A DNA stretch of 64,000 bases from an uncultured Clostridium sp. (GTDB lineage: Bacteria > Bacillota > Clostridia > TANB77 > CAG-508): the NCBI GenBank assembly GCA_945946655.1, contig CAMEWM010000004.1, forward strand, positions 1,809 to 65,808, given 5' to 3'. Within the stretch, counting starts at the first letter, position 1, and each line of letters begins with the position of its first letter. Under the pieces are notes generated by a model. That model made no database searches and had not been told where the DNA came from. It was given only the letters and a program-made list of their open reading frames with translations. Below are positions 39,708 through 48,992 of this stretch, piece by piece. Position numbers and translations under genes: made by a program.

Positions 39708-41015
39708 ATGAATATTTTGCAAAGATTTATACTGAAAAAGTTAATAGAATGGAAAGAAAGTAAATATAGAAAACCTCTTATATTAAAGGGTGCTAGACAA
39801 GTTGGAAAAACTTATATTTTAAAGCAATTTGGAAAAGAAAATTATGAAGGTGTTGCGTATTTCAATTTTGATCATGATGAAGATTTATATAATCTATTTC
39901 AAAACACTAAAGATCCTAAAAGAATATTGGAGCAATTAGCATTTATATATGGAAAAGCAATTATTCCAGGTAAAACATTAATAATTTTTGATGAAATACA
40001 AGAATGCCCAAATGCATTAAATTCTTTAAAATATTTTTATGAAGAAGCGAACGAATATCACATTGCATGTGCTGGAAGCTTATTAGGAATTAGATTATCA
40101 CATACATCATTTCCAGTTGGAAAAGTTGATTTTTTAAATATGTACCCAATGACATTTAGCGAGTTTTTAATAGCAGATAATGCACAGAATCTAGTAGACT
40201 ACATGAATTCACTAGAAAAAATAGAAAAAATTCCAGACATATTCTTTAATCAACTAGAAGAAAAATTAAAAGCTTACTTTATAATTGGCGGCATGCCAGA
40301 AGCAGTTTCTGCTTGGGTAAATGAAAAAGATATGGAACTCGTTAACAAAATTCAAGACAATATATTAAGTGCATACGAAAGTGATTTTTCAAAACATACA
40401 CAGGATAGCGAAGCAAATAAAATATCATTAATTTGGAATAGCGTTCCATCCCAACTTGCAAAAGAAAATAAAAAGTTCTTGTATCAAGTTGTAAAAGAAG
40501 GTGCTAGAGCAAGAGAATATGAAAATGCTTTAAATTGGTTAAATGATGCAAACCTTATTTATAAAATTTATAATGTAACAAAAACAGACTTTCCTTTAAA
40601 AGCATACAACGATTTATCAGCATTTAAAATATATATGAATGATGTAGGGCTTTTAAGAAAAATGTCAAATTTAGATAGTAAAATTGTTGTAGAGGGAGAT
40701 AAATTATTTGAGGAATTTAAAGGCGCTTTTACAGAAAATTATGTATTAAATATGTTGATATCTACATTAAATTCGGTACCAAATTATTATACATTTGATA
40801 GAAATGAAATTGATTTTGTAATTCAATTCAAAAACAATATAATTCCAATAGAAGTAAAGGCAAATAAATCAACTAACAGTACAAGTTTAACAAAATATAA
40901 TGAAAAATTTAACAATGAAATATCAGTTAGATTTTCTATGAATAATCTATCAAAAGATGGAAAAATTCTTAACATACCATTATTCTTAATAGAATATGTG
41001 GAAAAATTTATATAA
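39708..41015 (+). CDS. AAA+ ATPase (AAA_14-type) with C-terminal DUF4143 / PD-(D/E)xK-like segment
   Basis: Walker A GARQVGKT and Walker B LIIFDEIQ. C-terminal EIDFVIQFKNNIIPIEVKA fits D...ExK. SD aaggag abuts ATG 39708, so TTG at 39717 may be the real start. Confidence 0.75.
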   Translation: MNILQRFILKKLIEWKESKYRKPLILKGARQVGKTYILKQFGKENYEGVAYFNFDHDEDLYNLFQNTKDPKRILEQLAFIYGKAIIPGKTLIIFDEIQECPNALNSLKYFYEEANEYHIACAGSLLGIRLSHTSFPVGKVDFLNMYPMTFSEFLIADNAQNLVDYMNSLEKIEKIPDIFFNQLEEKLKAYFIIGGMPEAVSAWVNEKDMELVNKIQDNILSAYESDFSKHTQDSEANKISLIWNSVPSQLAKENKKFLYQVVKEGARAREYENALNWLNDANLIYKIYNVTKTDFPLKAYNDLSAFKIYMNDVGLLRKMSNLDSKIVVEGDKLFEEFKGAFTENYVLNMLISTLNSVPNYYTFDRNEIDFVIQFKNNIIPIEVKANKSTNSTSLTKYNEKFNNEISVRFSMNNLSKDGKILNIPLFLIEYVEKFI

Positions 41016-41048
41016 GATTTTATCGTTAAAAGAAAGGAAGAAGAAATT

Positions 41049-41822
41049 TTGAAAATTTTAGCAGTAGGAGACTTAGTAGGTGAGGGCGGAGTAAAAAAAT
41101 TGAAAGAGCTTTTGCCAAGAATAAGAGAAGAAGAGAAAATCGATTTTGTAATAGTAAATGCGGAAAACTCAGCTGGAGGAATGGGAATAACAACAAAAAT
41201 ATTTAATGAATTAAAAGAGTTAGATATAGATGCAGTAACAATGGGAAACCATACTTGGGGTAAAAAGGATATATTTACACTTATAGAAGACCAAAAGCTC
41301 ATAAGGCCAGCAAATTATCCAAATAATGTGCCGGGGAAAGGGTATGGAATATATACGTGCAAAGGCAAAAAAATATGTGTTGTGAATTTAATAGGAAGAA
41401 CTGACATGAATGTTTTATCAGAGAATCCATTCTTAAAAATGCAAGACATATTAAAAGAAGTGAAAAGCCAAGCAGATATAATAATTCTAGACTTTCATGC
41501 AGAAGCAACGGCTGAAAAAATTGCGATGGGATATTACTTAGATGGCAAAATTACTGCTATGTTTGGAACACATACACATGTTCAAACAGCAGATGAAAAA
41601 ATATTGGAGCATGGAACAGGATATATTACAGATATTGGAATGACTGGTCCAATAAAGTCAGTAATAGGAATGGATATAGCTGTATCAATAAAAAGATTTG
41701 AAACAACACTACCAGAAAAATATAAATTAGCTGAAGGAAATTGTATATTAAATGGTTGCATTTTTGACATAAATGATGAAACTTGTCGAGTAAACAAAGT
41801 TACTAGAGTTGTAAGAAAATAA
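41049..41822 (+). CDS. ymdB: YmdB-type metallophosphoesterase (2',3'-cyclic-nucleotide phosphodiesterase family, TIGR00282)
   Basis: TTG start. ILAVGDLVG, VNAENSAGGMGIT, GNHTWGKKD, DFHAEATAEK and GTHTHVQTAD motifs. Confidence 0.87.
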   Translation: MKILAVGDLVGEGGVKKLKELLPRIREEEKIDFVIVNAENSAGGMGITTKIFNELKELDIDAVTMGNHTWGKKDIFTLIEDQKLIRPANYPNNVPGKGYGIYTCKGKKICVVNLIGRTDMNVLSENPFLKMQDILKEVKSQADIIILDFHAEATAEKIAMGYYLDGKITAMFGTHTHVQTADEKILEHGTGYITDIGMTGPIKSVIGMDIAVSIKRFETTLPEKYKLAEGNCILNGCIFDINDETCRVNKVTRVVRK

Positions 41823-41957
41823 ATGACGAAAAATGCAAAAATAAGACGACAAAAACTGTAAAAAATTTCCATTTTTATATAGACAATTAATCCTAAATAT
41901 TATATAAATATAACTGTACTTAAACATACAAAAAAATAAAATATTAGGAGGATAAAA

Positions 41958-42221
41958 ATGGAAGTTTTAAAAATCTCATCAAAATCAAATCCAAACTCAG
42001 TAGCAGGAGCTATAGCTGGATTAGTAAAGGAATCTAACAAAGCAGAGATGCAAGCTATTGGTGCAGGAGCTTTAAATCAAGCAGTAAAAGCTGTTGCAAT
42101 AGCTAGAGGCTTTGTTGCTCCAGCAGGGGTTGACTTAATATGCATACCAGCATTTGCAGAAGTAGAAGTTGAAGGTGAAGAGAGAACTGGTATAAAACTT
42201 ATAGTAGAATCTAGAAAATAG
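41958..42221 (+). CDS. spoVS: Stage V sporulation protein S
   Basis: 87 aa. MEVLKISSKSNPNSVAGAIAG...QAIGAGALNQAVKAVAIARGF closely matches the highly conserved SpoVS sequence. Confidence 0.93.
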   Translation: MEVLKISSKSNPNSVAGAIAGLVKESNKAEMQAIGAGALNQAVKAVAIARGFVAPAGVDLICIPAFAEVEVEGEERTGIKLIVESRK

Positions 42222-42250
42222 TTTGTATATTAGAATAATTAATAAATAAT

Positions 42251-42278
42251 AGGGCATGTATAGAGCATGTCCTTTTTT
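42251..42278 (+). terminator. Terminator after spoVS
   Basis: Stem agggcatg/catgtcct (one G:U pair) followed by T6. Confidence 0.7.
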
Positions 42279-42364
42279 GTATAGTAATTTCAAAATATAT
42301 ATTGAAAAAAATATCCATTTAATGTATTATAAGCATGTATAAAATAGAGGTGAAAGGGTGCAAC

Positions 42365-43960
42365 ATGAAAATAAGTAGTATCTTTAAATATATATTCATA
42401 ATATTTGCAGTGGGAATTATTGCATATGCAGGATATAGAATTTATAACAATCAGAATAAAGAAGCTTCAAATAATCAAGAAAATGAAAATGTAGTGGAAG
42501 AAAATATAATAAGAGATATCAGATTGTCTCTTACGAATTATGATACGATGAATCCTCTTTTAACTAAAAACAAAGAAATATTAAATATAGATACACTAAT
42601 ATTTGAACCACTTTTTACACTATCACAAGATTATCAGCTACAACCATGTTTAGCTAAAGAATGCTCTAAGACAGGAGATAATATTTATGTTATCAAGACA
42701 GCTAATAATGTTAGTTGGCATGATGGCACACCATTTACGTCAAAAGATGTACAATTTACAATAGATGTATTAAAAAATGGTGATTCAATATATAAATACA
42801 ATGTAGATCATATAATAAATGTTGAAGTTATAGATGCGACAACTATAAAACTGACATTAGATAGTGATATTCCATTTTTCGAATATAATTTAACATTTCC
42901 TATAATGTCTAGTAACTATTATTATGGTGAAGATTTTTTCACTAGCACCAAGATACCTATAGGCACAGGAAGATACAAAATAACGAATACTAGTACTAAT
43001 AGCATAACATTGGCTAAAAATGAGAAATGGAAAAGCTTTACTGGAATAGAAGAGGTAAAAATAGAAAATATAAAAATAAATTTATATTCTTCTATGGGAG
43101 AGGCTTACAATAGCTTTAAGATTGGAAATGTAGATATATTAAATACTTCAAATCCAAACTTTCAAGAGTATATTGGAACAATAGGATTCAATAAAACGGA
43201 TTATGCAGGAAGGCAATTTGATTTTTTAAGTTTAAACTGTACTGATACAATTTTACAAGATAAAGCTGTAAGACAAGCTATAAGCTATGCTATAGATAAA
43301 AGTAATATAGTGTCGTCTGTTTATAATAATCAAAATATGGTGGCTGAGTATCCATTGGACTACGGCAATTATTTATATACTAACAACAATGCAAGTTCTG
43401 GGTATAATGCAGAACAAGCCAAAAAAGTTTTAGAGGATGGTGGATGGACATATATTAACAATCGCTGGAAAAAAAATATAGACGGCAGTACAAAAACATT
43501 GAGACTTAAAATAACTGTATGTAGCGATAATGAAGCTAGAATTAGAGTAGCTGAGGTAATAGAACAGCAACTCGAGCAGATAGGTATAGATGTTACGATA
43601 AATAAAGTGTCAAATGATCAATATAATAACTATATAGATAATAAAGATTATCAAATATTACTTACAGGTGTATATACAAGCTATAGTCCAGATTTGACGT
43701 ATTTTTTTGCACCAGGCAATTTAGAAAATTACTCTAATGAAAAAATGTTTGAATTAATAAAAAATGCAAGTATAATAAAAGATACAAAGCAATTAAAAGA
43801 TATATACCAGAAAATATATAACTTATATAAAGAAGATGTTCCATTTATAGGTTTATATAGAAATAAAAATATGACAATATCAACTCAATCTTTAATAGGA
43901 ACAGTAGAACCAAATAATTATACAAGCTTCTATGGTATAGAAGAATGGTATAGAAAATAA
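42365..43960 (+). CDS. ABC-transporter family-5 (peptide/nickel type) substrate-binding protein, TM-anchored, orphan
   Basis: About 531 aa with SBP_bac_5-like blocks (WHDGTPFTSKDVQFT, RQAISYAIDK). The N-terminal TM helix has no lipobox Cys. No permease or ATPase genes are adjacent. Confidence 0.75.
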   Translation: MKISSIFKYIFIIFAVGIIAYAGYRIYNNQNKEASNNQENENVVEENIIRDIRLSLTNYDTMNPLLTKNKEILNIDTLIFEPLFTLSQDYQLQPCLAKECSKTGDNIYVIKTANNVSWHDGTPFTSKDVQFTIDVLKNGDSIYKYNVDHIINVEVIDATTIKLTLDSDIPFFEYNLTFPIMSSNYYYGEDFFTSTKIPIGTGRYKITNTSTNSITLAKNEKWKSFTGIEEVKIENIKINLYSSMGEAYNSFKIGNVDILNTSNPNFQEYIGTIGFNKTDYAGRQFDFLSLNCTDTILQDKAVRQAISYAIDKSNIVSSVYNNQNMVAEYPLDYGNYLYTNNNASSGYNAEQAKKVLEDGGWTYINNRWKKNIDGSTKTLRLKITVCSDNEARIRVAEVIEQQLEQIGIDVTINKVSNDQYNNYIDNKDYQILLTGVYTSYSPDLTYFFAPGNLENYSNEKMFELIKNASIIKDTKQLKDIYQKIYNLYKEDVPFIGLYRNKNMTISTQSLIGTVEPNNYTSFYGIEEWYRK

Positions 43961-43984
43961 TAAAACAAATGTTTGAGAAAACTA

Positions 43985-44012
43985 TTGACAATTTTAAAAA
44001 ATAGTATATAAT
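43985..44012 (+). promoter_or_regulatory. recA promoter candidate
   Basis: TTGACA (43985-90), a 16-nt spacer, then TATAAT (44007-12). Confidence 0.55.
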
Positions 44013-44030
44013 GTACAAAGAATGAAATGC

Positions 44031-44042
44031 AAACATATGTTT
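44031..44042. promoter_or_regulatory. LexA (Cheo/SOS) box-like palindrome downstream of the recA -10
   Basis: AAACATATGTTT is a perfect palindrome of GAAC-N4-GTTC type with A/T at the outer positions. A second, weaker copy AAACAAATGTTT lies at 43963-43974. Confidence 0.45.
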
Positions 44043-44101
44043 ATATATTGCAAGATAATTTATCAAATATGATATTTACAAAATTTAGGAGGAAGAAATT
44101 T

Positions 44102-45172
44102 ATGAGTATTGAAAACAATGAAAAGAAAAAAGCTCTAGAATCTGCATTGGGACAGATAGAAAAACAATTTGGAAGAGGTTCTGTAATGAAATTAGGAGAT
44201 TTTACAGCCATGAATGTAGAAGCAATACCTACAGGAGCGCTAAGTCTTGACGTAGCTTTAGGTATAGGGGGAATCCCAAAAGGAAGAATAGTAGAAATAT
44301 TCGGACCTGAATCTTCAGGAAAGACAACTCTTGCATTACATATGATTGCTGAATGTCAGAAAAAAGGTGGAGAAGCAGCTTTTATAGATGCAGAACATGC
44401 ATTGGATCCAGTATATGCAAAACACTTGGGAGTAGATATTGATAATTTGATTGTTTCGCAACCAGATACTGGAGAGCAAGCTTTAGAAATTGCTGAAGCC
44501 TTAGTTAGAAGTGGTGCTATAGATATTATAGTTGTAGACTCAGTTGCTGCCTTAGTTCCAAAAGCAGAAATAGATGGTGATATGGGAGATGCACATGTTG
44601 GACTTCAAGCAAGACTTATGTCACAAGCGCTAAGAAAATTAGCAGGTGTACTTAACAAATCAAACACAGCAATAGTATTTATAAACCAATTAAGAGAAAA
44701 AGTTGGAGTTATGTTTGGAAACCCAGAAACAACACCAGGAGGAAGAGCATTAAAGTTCTATGCTTCTGTTAGATTAGATATAAGAAAAACAGAAAATCTA
44801 AAACAAGATGGGGAAGTATTTGGAAATAGGGTAAGAGTAAAAGTTGTGAAAAACAAAGTGGCTCCACCATTTAGAGAGGCTGAATTTGATATAATCTATG
44901 GAAAAGGAATATCTAAATCTGGAAATATACTAGACCTAGGAGTCAATCTAGATATAGTAGAAAAGAGTGGATCTTGGTTTGCATATGAAGGAACAAGAAT
45001 TGGACAAGGAAGAGAAAACGCTAAAAAATATCTAGAAGATAATCCAACTGTTATGGAAGAAGTAGAAAAGAAAGTTAGAGCAAAATTTAATGAAGCTTTT
45101 GAAAAAAGTTTAAGTGATGATAGTGAAATAGATGATGAGCAAGATATAGAACCTACAGATAATGAGGAGTAA
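44102..45172 (+). CDS. recA: Recombinase RecA
   Basis: ATG at 44102 follows SD aggagg. [20 protein letters not shown], Walker [10 protein letters not shown] and IVVDSVAAL. The ORF-track start of 44027 is an upstream extension. Confidence 0.97.
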   Translation: MSIENNEKKKALESALGQIEKQFGRGSVMKLGDFTAMNVEAIPTGALSLDVALGIGGIPKGRIVEIFGPESSGKTTLALHMIAECQKKGGEAAFIDAEHALDPVYAKHLGVDIDNLIVSQPDTGEQALEIAEALVRSGAIDIIVVDSVAALVPKAEIDGDMGDAHVGLQARLMSQALRKLAGVLNKSNTAIVFINQLREKVGVMFGNPETTPGGRALKFYASVRLDIRKTENLKQDGEVFGNRVRVKVVKNKVAPPFREAEFDIIYGKGISKSGNILDLGVNLDIVEKSGSWFAYEGTRIGQGRENAKKYLEDNPTVMEEVEKKVRAKFNEAFEKSLSDDSEIDDEQDIEPTDNEE

Positions 45173-45173
45173 A

Positions 45174-45629
45174 ATGTATACTATAGAAGAATATGATAAG
45201 GAAAAATCAAAAGTATTAAAATATATCTTATATAAGAAAAGAAGTAAACAGGAAATAAAAAACAAATTTTATAATACAATAGAAAACGAAATGCTTGACA
45301 ATATAATAGAGGAACTAGAAGAAAATGGATATATCAATGATAATAATTATATTGAAAGGGCTGTAAATGAGTATAAGGCTTTAAATAATTTATCATTAAA
45401 AGAAGTAAGATATAAATTAATGTCAAAGGGAATTCCAAATGAATTAATAGAAGACTATATAAGCAAGCATCAAGAACAGATGGAAGAATATGAGATAAAT
45501 TCTGCAAAAACAATAATAATAAAAAAACAAAATACTATGGAAGAAGAGGCTATTATTCAATTTTTAGTAAAAAAAGGATATAAAACGAGTAATATAAGGA
45601 AAGCTATTGAAATGTTAGATGAAGATTAA
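45174..45629 (+). CDS. recX: RecA regulator RecX
   Basis: About 151 aa of helical repeats (GYINDNNYIERAV, KGYKTSNIRKAI), immediately after recA. ATG at 45174 follows SD gaggag. Confidence 0.78.
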   Translation: MYTIEEYDKEKSKVLKYILYKKRSKQEIKNKFYNTIENEMLDNIIEELEENGYINDNNYIERAVNEYKALNNLSLKEVRYKLMSKGIPNELIEDYISKHQEQMEEYEINSAKTIIIKKQNTMEEEAIIQFLVKKGYKTSNIRKAIEMLDED

Positions 45630-45647
45630 TAGAAAAGGAAGATTAAA

Positions 45648-46400
45648 ATGCAAAATATATTAACATTGGAAACAAACAAATATGCAATAAAAATAGAAAA
45701 TTTTGAAGGACCCTTAGATTTACTATGTCATTTAATAGATAAGAATAAAATGAATATAAATGATATTAGGCTAAGTGAGATCACAGATCAGTATATTGAA
45801 TACATAAATAAAATGGAAGAAATGAATTTAGAGATTACAAGTGAATTTCTAATAATGGCATCAACCCTTATATACTTAAAATCCAAAAGCTTACTTCCAA
45901 AAGAAAATGAAGATGAAGAAGAAATATCTGAAGAGGAACTTTTAAGAAGAATTATAGAATATAAAAAGTACAAAGAAATCACAAAAATACTTAGAGTTAT
46001 GTATGATAATAATGCCATTAGATTTTATAAGTTACCAGATCAGATACAATTACCAAAACAAAAATTAGAAAGAGAATATGACAAATCTACTATCGTAGAG
46101 GCATATGAAAATATAGTAAAAATTAATACAGAAAAGGTTAACGAAAACGCAAGTAATATAGAAAAAATAGCTATAACAGACAAATATACTGTAGCAAGTA
46201 AGGTAAAAGAAATATTAAAAGAACTTGTAAATCGACCAAAGTTTATATTTAATGCATTATTTTCTTTAAATAAATGTGAAAAAGAGGAAGTTGTTACAGC
46301 TTTTTCTGGATTATTGGAATTGTCTAGAAGAAATAAAGTAATTACCAATCAAGAAAGAATATTTGGAGATATATCAGTAGAGAAACATAATGATAAATAA
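45648..46400 (+). CDS. scpA: Segregation and condensation protein A
   Basis: FEGPLDLLCHLIDKNKMNINDIRLSEITDQYIEYI is a typical ScpA N-terminus. 250 aa. Confidence 0.85.
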   Translation: MQNILTLETNKYAIKIENFEGPLDLLCHLIDKNKMNINDIRLSEITDQYIEYINKMEEMNLEITSEFLIMASTLIYLKSKSLLPKENEDEEEISEEELLRRIIEYKKYKEITKILRVMYDNNAIRFYKLPDQIQLPKQKLEREYDKSTIVEAYENIVKINTEKVNENASNIEKIAITDKYTVASKVKEILKELVNRPKFIFNALFSLNKCEKEEVVTAFSGLLELSRRNKVITNQERIFGDISVEKHNDK

Positions 46401-46458
46401 TATTGTTTAAATTAGAAAAAAATGGAAAAACTAATATCAGAATTGGAGTGAAACGATT

Positions 46459-47130
46459 ATGATATTAGTTTTTTGTATTACCTTGGCAATTATCTGTGGA
46501 ATTGGTATATTGGCTTTATTAATATATCTATCTAAGATAGAATTAAATATTAAAAATCTATATATGAATAGTGAAAGTAAAAAGCAAAATAACAAAAATG
46601 TAATCATATCAATATCCTTAAAATTAGGTGGATTTAAGTGGTTTGAATTTAAGATGAATAAAAATAAAATTTCAAGTCTGTACGCGAAAATGAAAATAAC
46701 AGAATACAAACATAATAAAGATATAAAGAATAAAATGAAGAGATTGTTAAAAGCTTGTATTCAAGATAAAAGAATAATAAAGTTAGCGTCTAATCTAGGC
46801 ATAGAAATAAAAGAATTTAAATCAGAAATTTTTTTAGGAACAGAAGATACTATAGTAACATCATATCTAGTTGCAGTCGTGGCTATCATAATATCAAATG
46901 TGATACCACGTACAATAAAAAACAGTCTAAATGCCATACAATATAAAGTATTACCAATATATAAACAAAAAAATATGTATATATTAAAATTAGATAGTAT
47001 TATAAATATAAAAATAATGAAAATAATAGAGATTATATTAAAAGTAAAAAGAACGATAAAAGAGAATAATGATAATTATAAATACAAAAATATAAAGAAT
47101 CCCATTAAAACCAAAGTTCAAGTTGTATAA
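46459..47130 (+). CDS. DUF2953-like sporulation-associated membrane protein (YtfI-like)
   Basis: 223 aa with an N-terminal TM. It sits directly upstream of a ytfJ/gerW homologue, the conserved pairing. Confidence 0.5.
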   Translation: MILVFCITLAIICGIGILALLIYLSKIELNIKNLYMNSESKKQNNKNVIISISLKLGGFKWFEFKMNKNKISSLYAKMKITEYKHNKDIKNKMKRLLKACIQDKRIIKLASNLGIEIKEFKSEIFLGTEDTIVTSYLVAVVAIIISNVIPRTIKNSLNAIQYKVLPIYKQKNMYILKLDSIINIKIMKIIEIILKVKRTIKENNDNYKYKNIKNPIKTKVQVV

Positions 47131-47189
47131 AAAAGAAAAAATTGGTACATATTATTTATATATTTATAAAAAAAGAAAGAAGTGATTAT

Positions 47190-47810
47190 ATGGGAGAGCA
47201 CCCAATAGAGAATTTGATGAATACTGCTATGAATAGCATAAAAGATATGATAGATGTAAATACAATCATAGGGGAACCAATACAAGCATCAAATAATACT
47301 GTAATTATACCTATATCAAAAGTAGGATTTGGATTTGCTGCAGGAGGTAGCGAATTTAGAGGAGAAACACTAGATGAGTATACAAAAAGAGATAAAGAAG
47401 AACAAGTACAATATAGATTGCCGTTTGGAGGGGGCTCAGGAGCAGGAGTAAGTATTGTACCAGTAGCATTTTTGGTAGTACAACCAAATACAGTAAAGTT
47501 ATTGCCAGTAGACCACAATTCTTGCTTAGACAGACTATTAGATTATGTGCCGGATTTAATAGATAAAGTTAATGCAATACTTAATAAACAAATGCAAAAT
47601 AAAAAAGATGAAAAGGCTCAAGAAGATAGAAGGAAAGAGAAAGAAAGACAGGAAGAAAGAGAAGACAGAAAACAAGCAATGCAATCACAAAACACAACTA
47701 CCCAGACACAAGTAAAGCCAAAGAAAAATATAAAATATCATAAACCTGTTAATTACGAGTTTGAATATGATGAAACAAACTATGATGATTATGATGATGA
47801 CAATAAATAA
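47190..47810 (+). CDS. ytfJ: Sporulation protein YtfJ / GerW family, with K/E/R-rich C-terminal extension
   Basis: MGEHPIENLMNTAMNSIKDMIDVNTIIGEPI and VGFGFAAGGSEF blocks. ATG at 47190 is preferred over 47142. Confidence 0.75.
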   Translation: MGEHPIENLMNTAMNSIKDMIDVNTIIGEPIQASNNTVIIPISKVGFGFAAGGSEFRGETLDEYTKRDKEEQVQYRLPFGGGSGAGVSIVPVAFLVVQPNTVKLLPVDHNSCLDRLLDYVPDLIDKVNAILNKQMQNKKDEKAQEDRRKEKERQEEREDRKQAMQSQNTTTQTQVKPKKNIKYHKPVNYEFEYDETNYDDYDDDNK

Positions 47811-47847
47811 TAATGAAGAAAATTAACAAAAACTAAATAATTGAATA

Positions 47848-47905
47848 TTATATAAAATATACTATGTTTGTAATTAAATTTATAAACATAGTATATTTTA
47901 TATAA
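47848..47905. repeat. Perfect 22-bp inverted repeat (ttatataaaatatactatgttt / aaacatagtatattttatataa) between ytfJ and cysK
   Basis: Read directly. Arms are at 47848-47869 and 47884-47905 with a 14-nt loop. The right arm runs into the cysK SD aaggagg. Confidence 0.85.
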
Positions 47906-47915
47906 GGAGGAGTCT

Positions 47916-48884
47916 ATGTTTAAAGGAAATGACGTTATAGGAAATACACCAATGATAAGAATCGAATATAGATACAAAAGAGAAAAAAGACATGTGTTTG
48001 CTAAACTGGAATATTTTAATTTAACAGGAAGCATAAAAGATAGAGTAGCTTATTACATAATAAAAAATGCTAAAGAAAGAGAAGAACTAAAAGAAGGAAT
48101 GCCAATAGTAGAAGCAACAAGTGGTAATACAGGAATTTCTTTAGCTGCATTAGGAGCATATTATAAGCATCCAGTTTACATATTTATGCCAGACTGGGCA
48201 AGTGTAGAAAGGGTAAAATTAATGTCAAGTTATGGTGCAAAAGTAATTCTTGTTTCTAGAGAGGCAGGAGGCTTTAAAAAGTGTGTAGATGAAGCTAAGA
48301 AGATGGCAAAAGAAATAAATGGTTTTCTTGCAAATCAATTTGCAAATAGAGATAATTATCTAGTACATTATGAAACAACTGGAGAAGAAATTATAAAACA
48401 AATGACAGAAAAAATAGATGGTTTTGTATCAGGTGTTGGAACGGGAGGAACCTTGATTGGAACAGGGGATAGGCTAAAAAAGAAGTTTAGTAATATTTAC
48501 ATAACTGCTATCGAACCAGATAAAATGCCAATAATATCGGGAGGTAAAATCAAAGGACAACATAAGATAGAAGGAATAGGAGATGATTTTATTCCAGATT
48601 TAGTAGATAAGAATAAGATAGATAAAGTATTACTAATTAATGATGACGATGCAATAAATATGTCGAGAAAATTAGCAAGAGAGTTAGGCCTGGGTGTAGG
48701 GATATCTTCAGGAGCAAATCTATTAGGAAGTATATTATTAGCTGATGAAATAAAAGGTAATGTCGTAACGATTTTTGCTGATGACAGTAAAAAATATTTA
48801 TCCACAGATTTATTTAAAGATAAAAACATAGGTGGTAACTTTATATCAGATAAAGTAGAGTTAATAAATTATGAAAAAGTATAG
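47916..48884 (+). CDS. cysK: Cysteine synthase (PLP-dependent, CysK/CysM family)
   Basis: LTGSIKDR (PLP Lys), SGNTGISLA and GVGTGGTLIGTG motifs. 322 aa. Confidence 0.85.
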   Translation: MFKGNDVIGNTPMIRIEYRYKREKRHVFAKLEYFNLTGSIKDRVAYYIIKNAKEREELKEGMPIVEATSGNTGISLAALGAYYKHPVYIFMPDWASVERVKLMSSYGAKVILVSREAGGFKKCVDEAKKMAKEINGFLANQFANRDNYLVHYETTGEEIIKQMTEKIDGFVSGVGTGGTLIGTGDRLKKKFSNIYITAIEPDKMPIISGGKIKGQHKIEGIGDDFIPDLVDKNKIDKVLLINDDDAINMSRKLARELGLGVGISSGANLLGSILLADEIKGNVVTIFADDSKKYLSTDLFKDKNIGGNFISDKVELINYEKV

Positions 48885-48992
48885 AAAATAATGTAAAACT
48901 ACTTGACAAATTTACAAAAATGTTGTAAAGTATATAAGCATTACAAAATTAACAAAATTGTTATGAGAGCCTTGTGAAATGGAAGTGATTAA

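Noticed and set aside
40823-41302. 159-aa minus-strand ORF spanning the AAA+ ATPase / ymdB junction
   Set aside because: It overlaps two well-supported plus-strand genes and their intergenic SD. Its translation is S/F/I-rich low complexity.
47811-47915. T-box or S-box riboswitch upstream of cysK
   Set aside because: The whole intergenic region is about 105 nt and consists essentially of one long hairpin. It is too short and lacks the conserved T-box or SAM-I elements.
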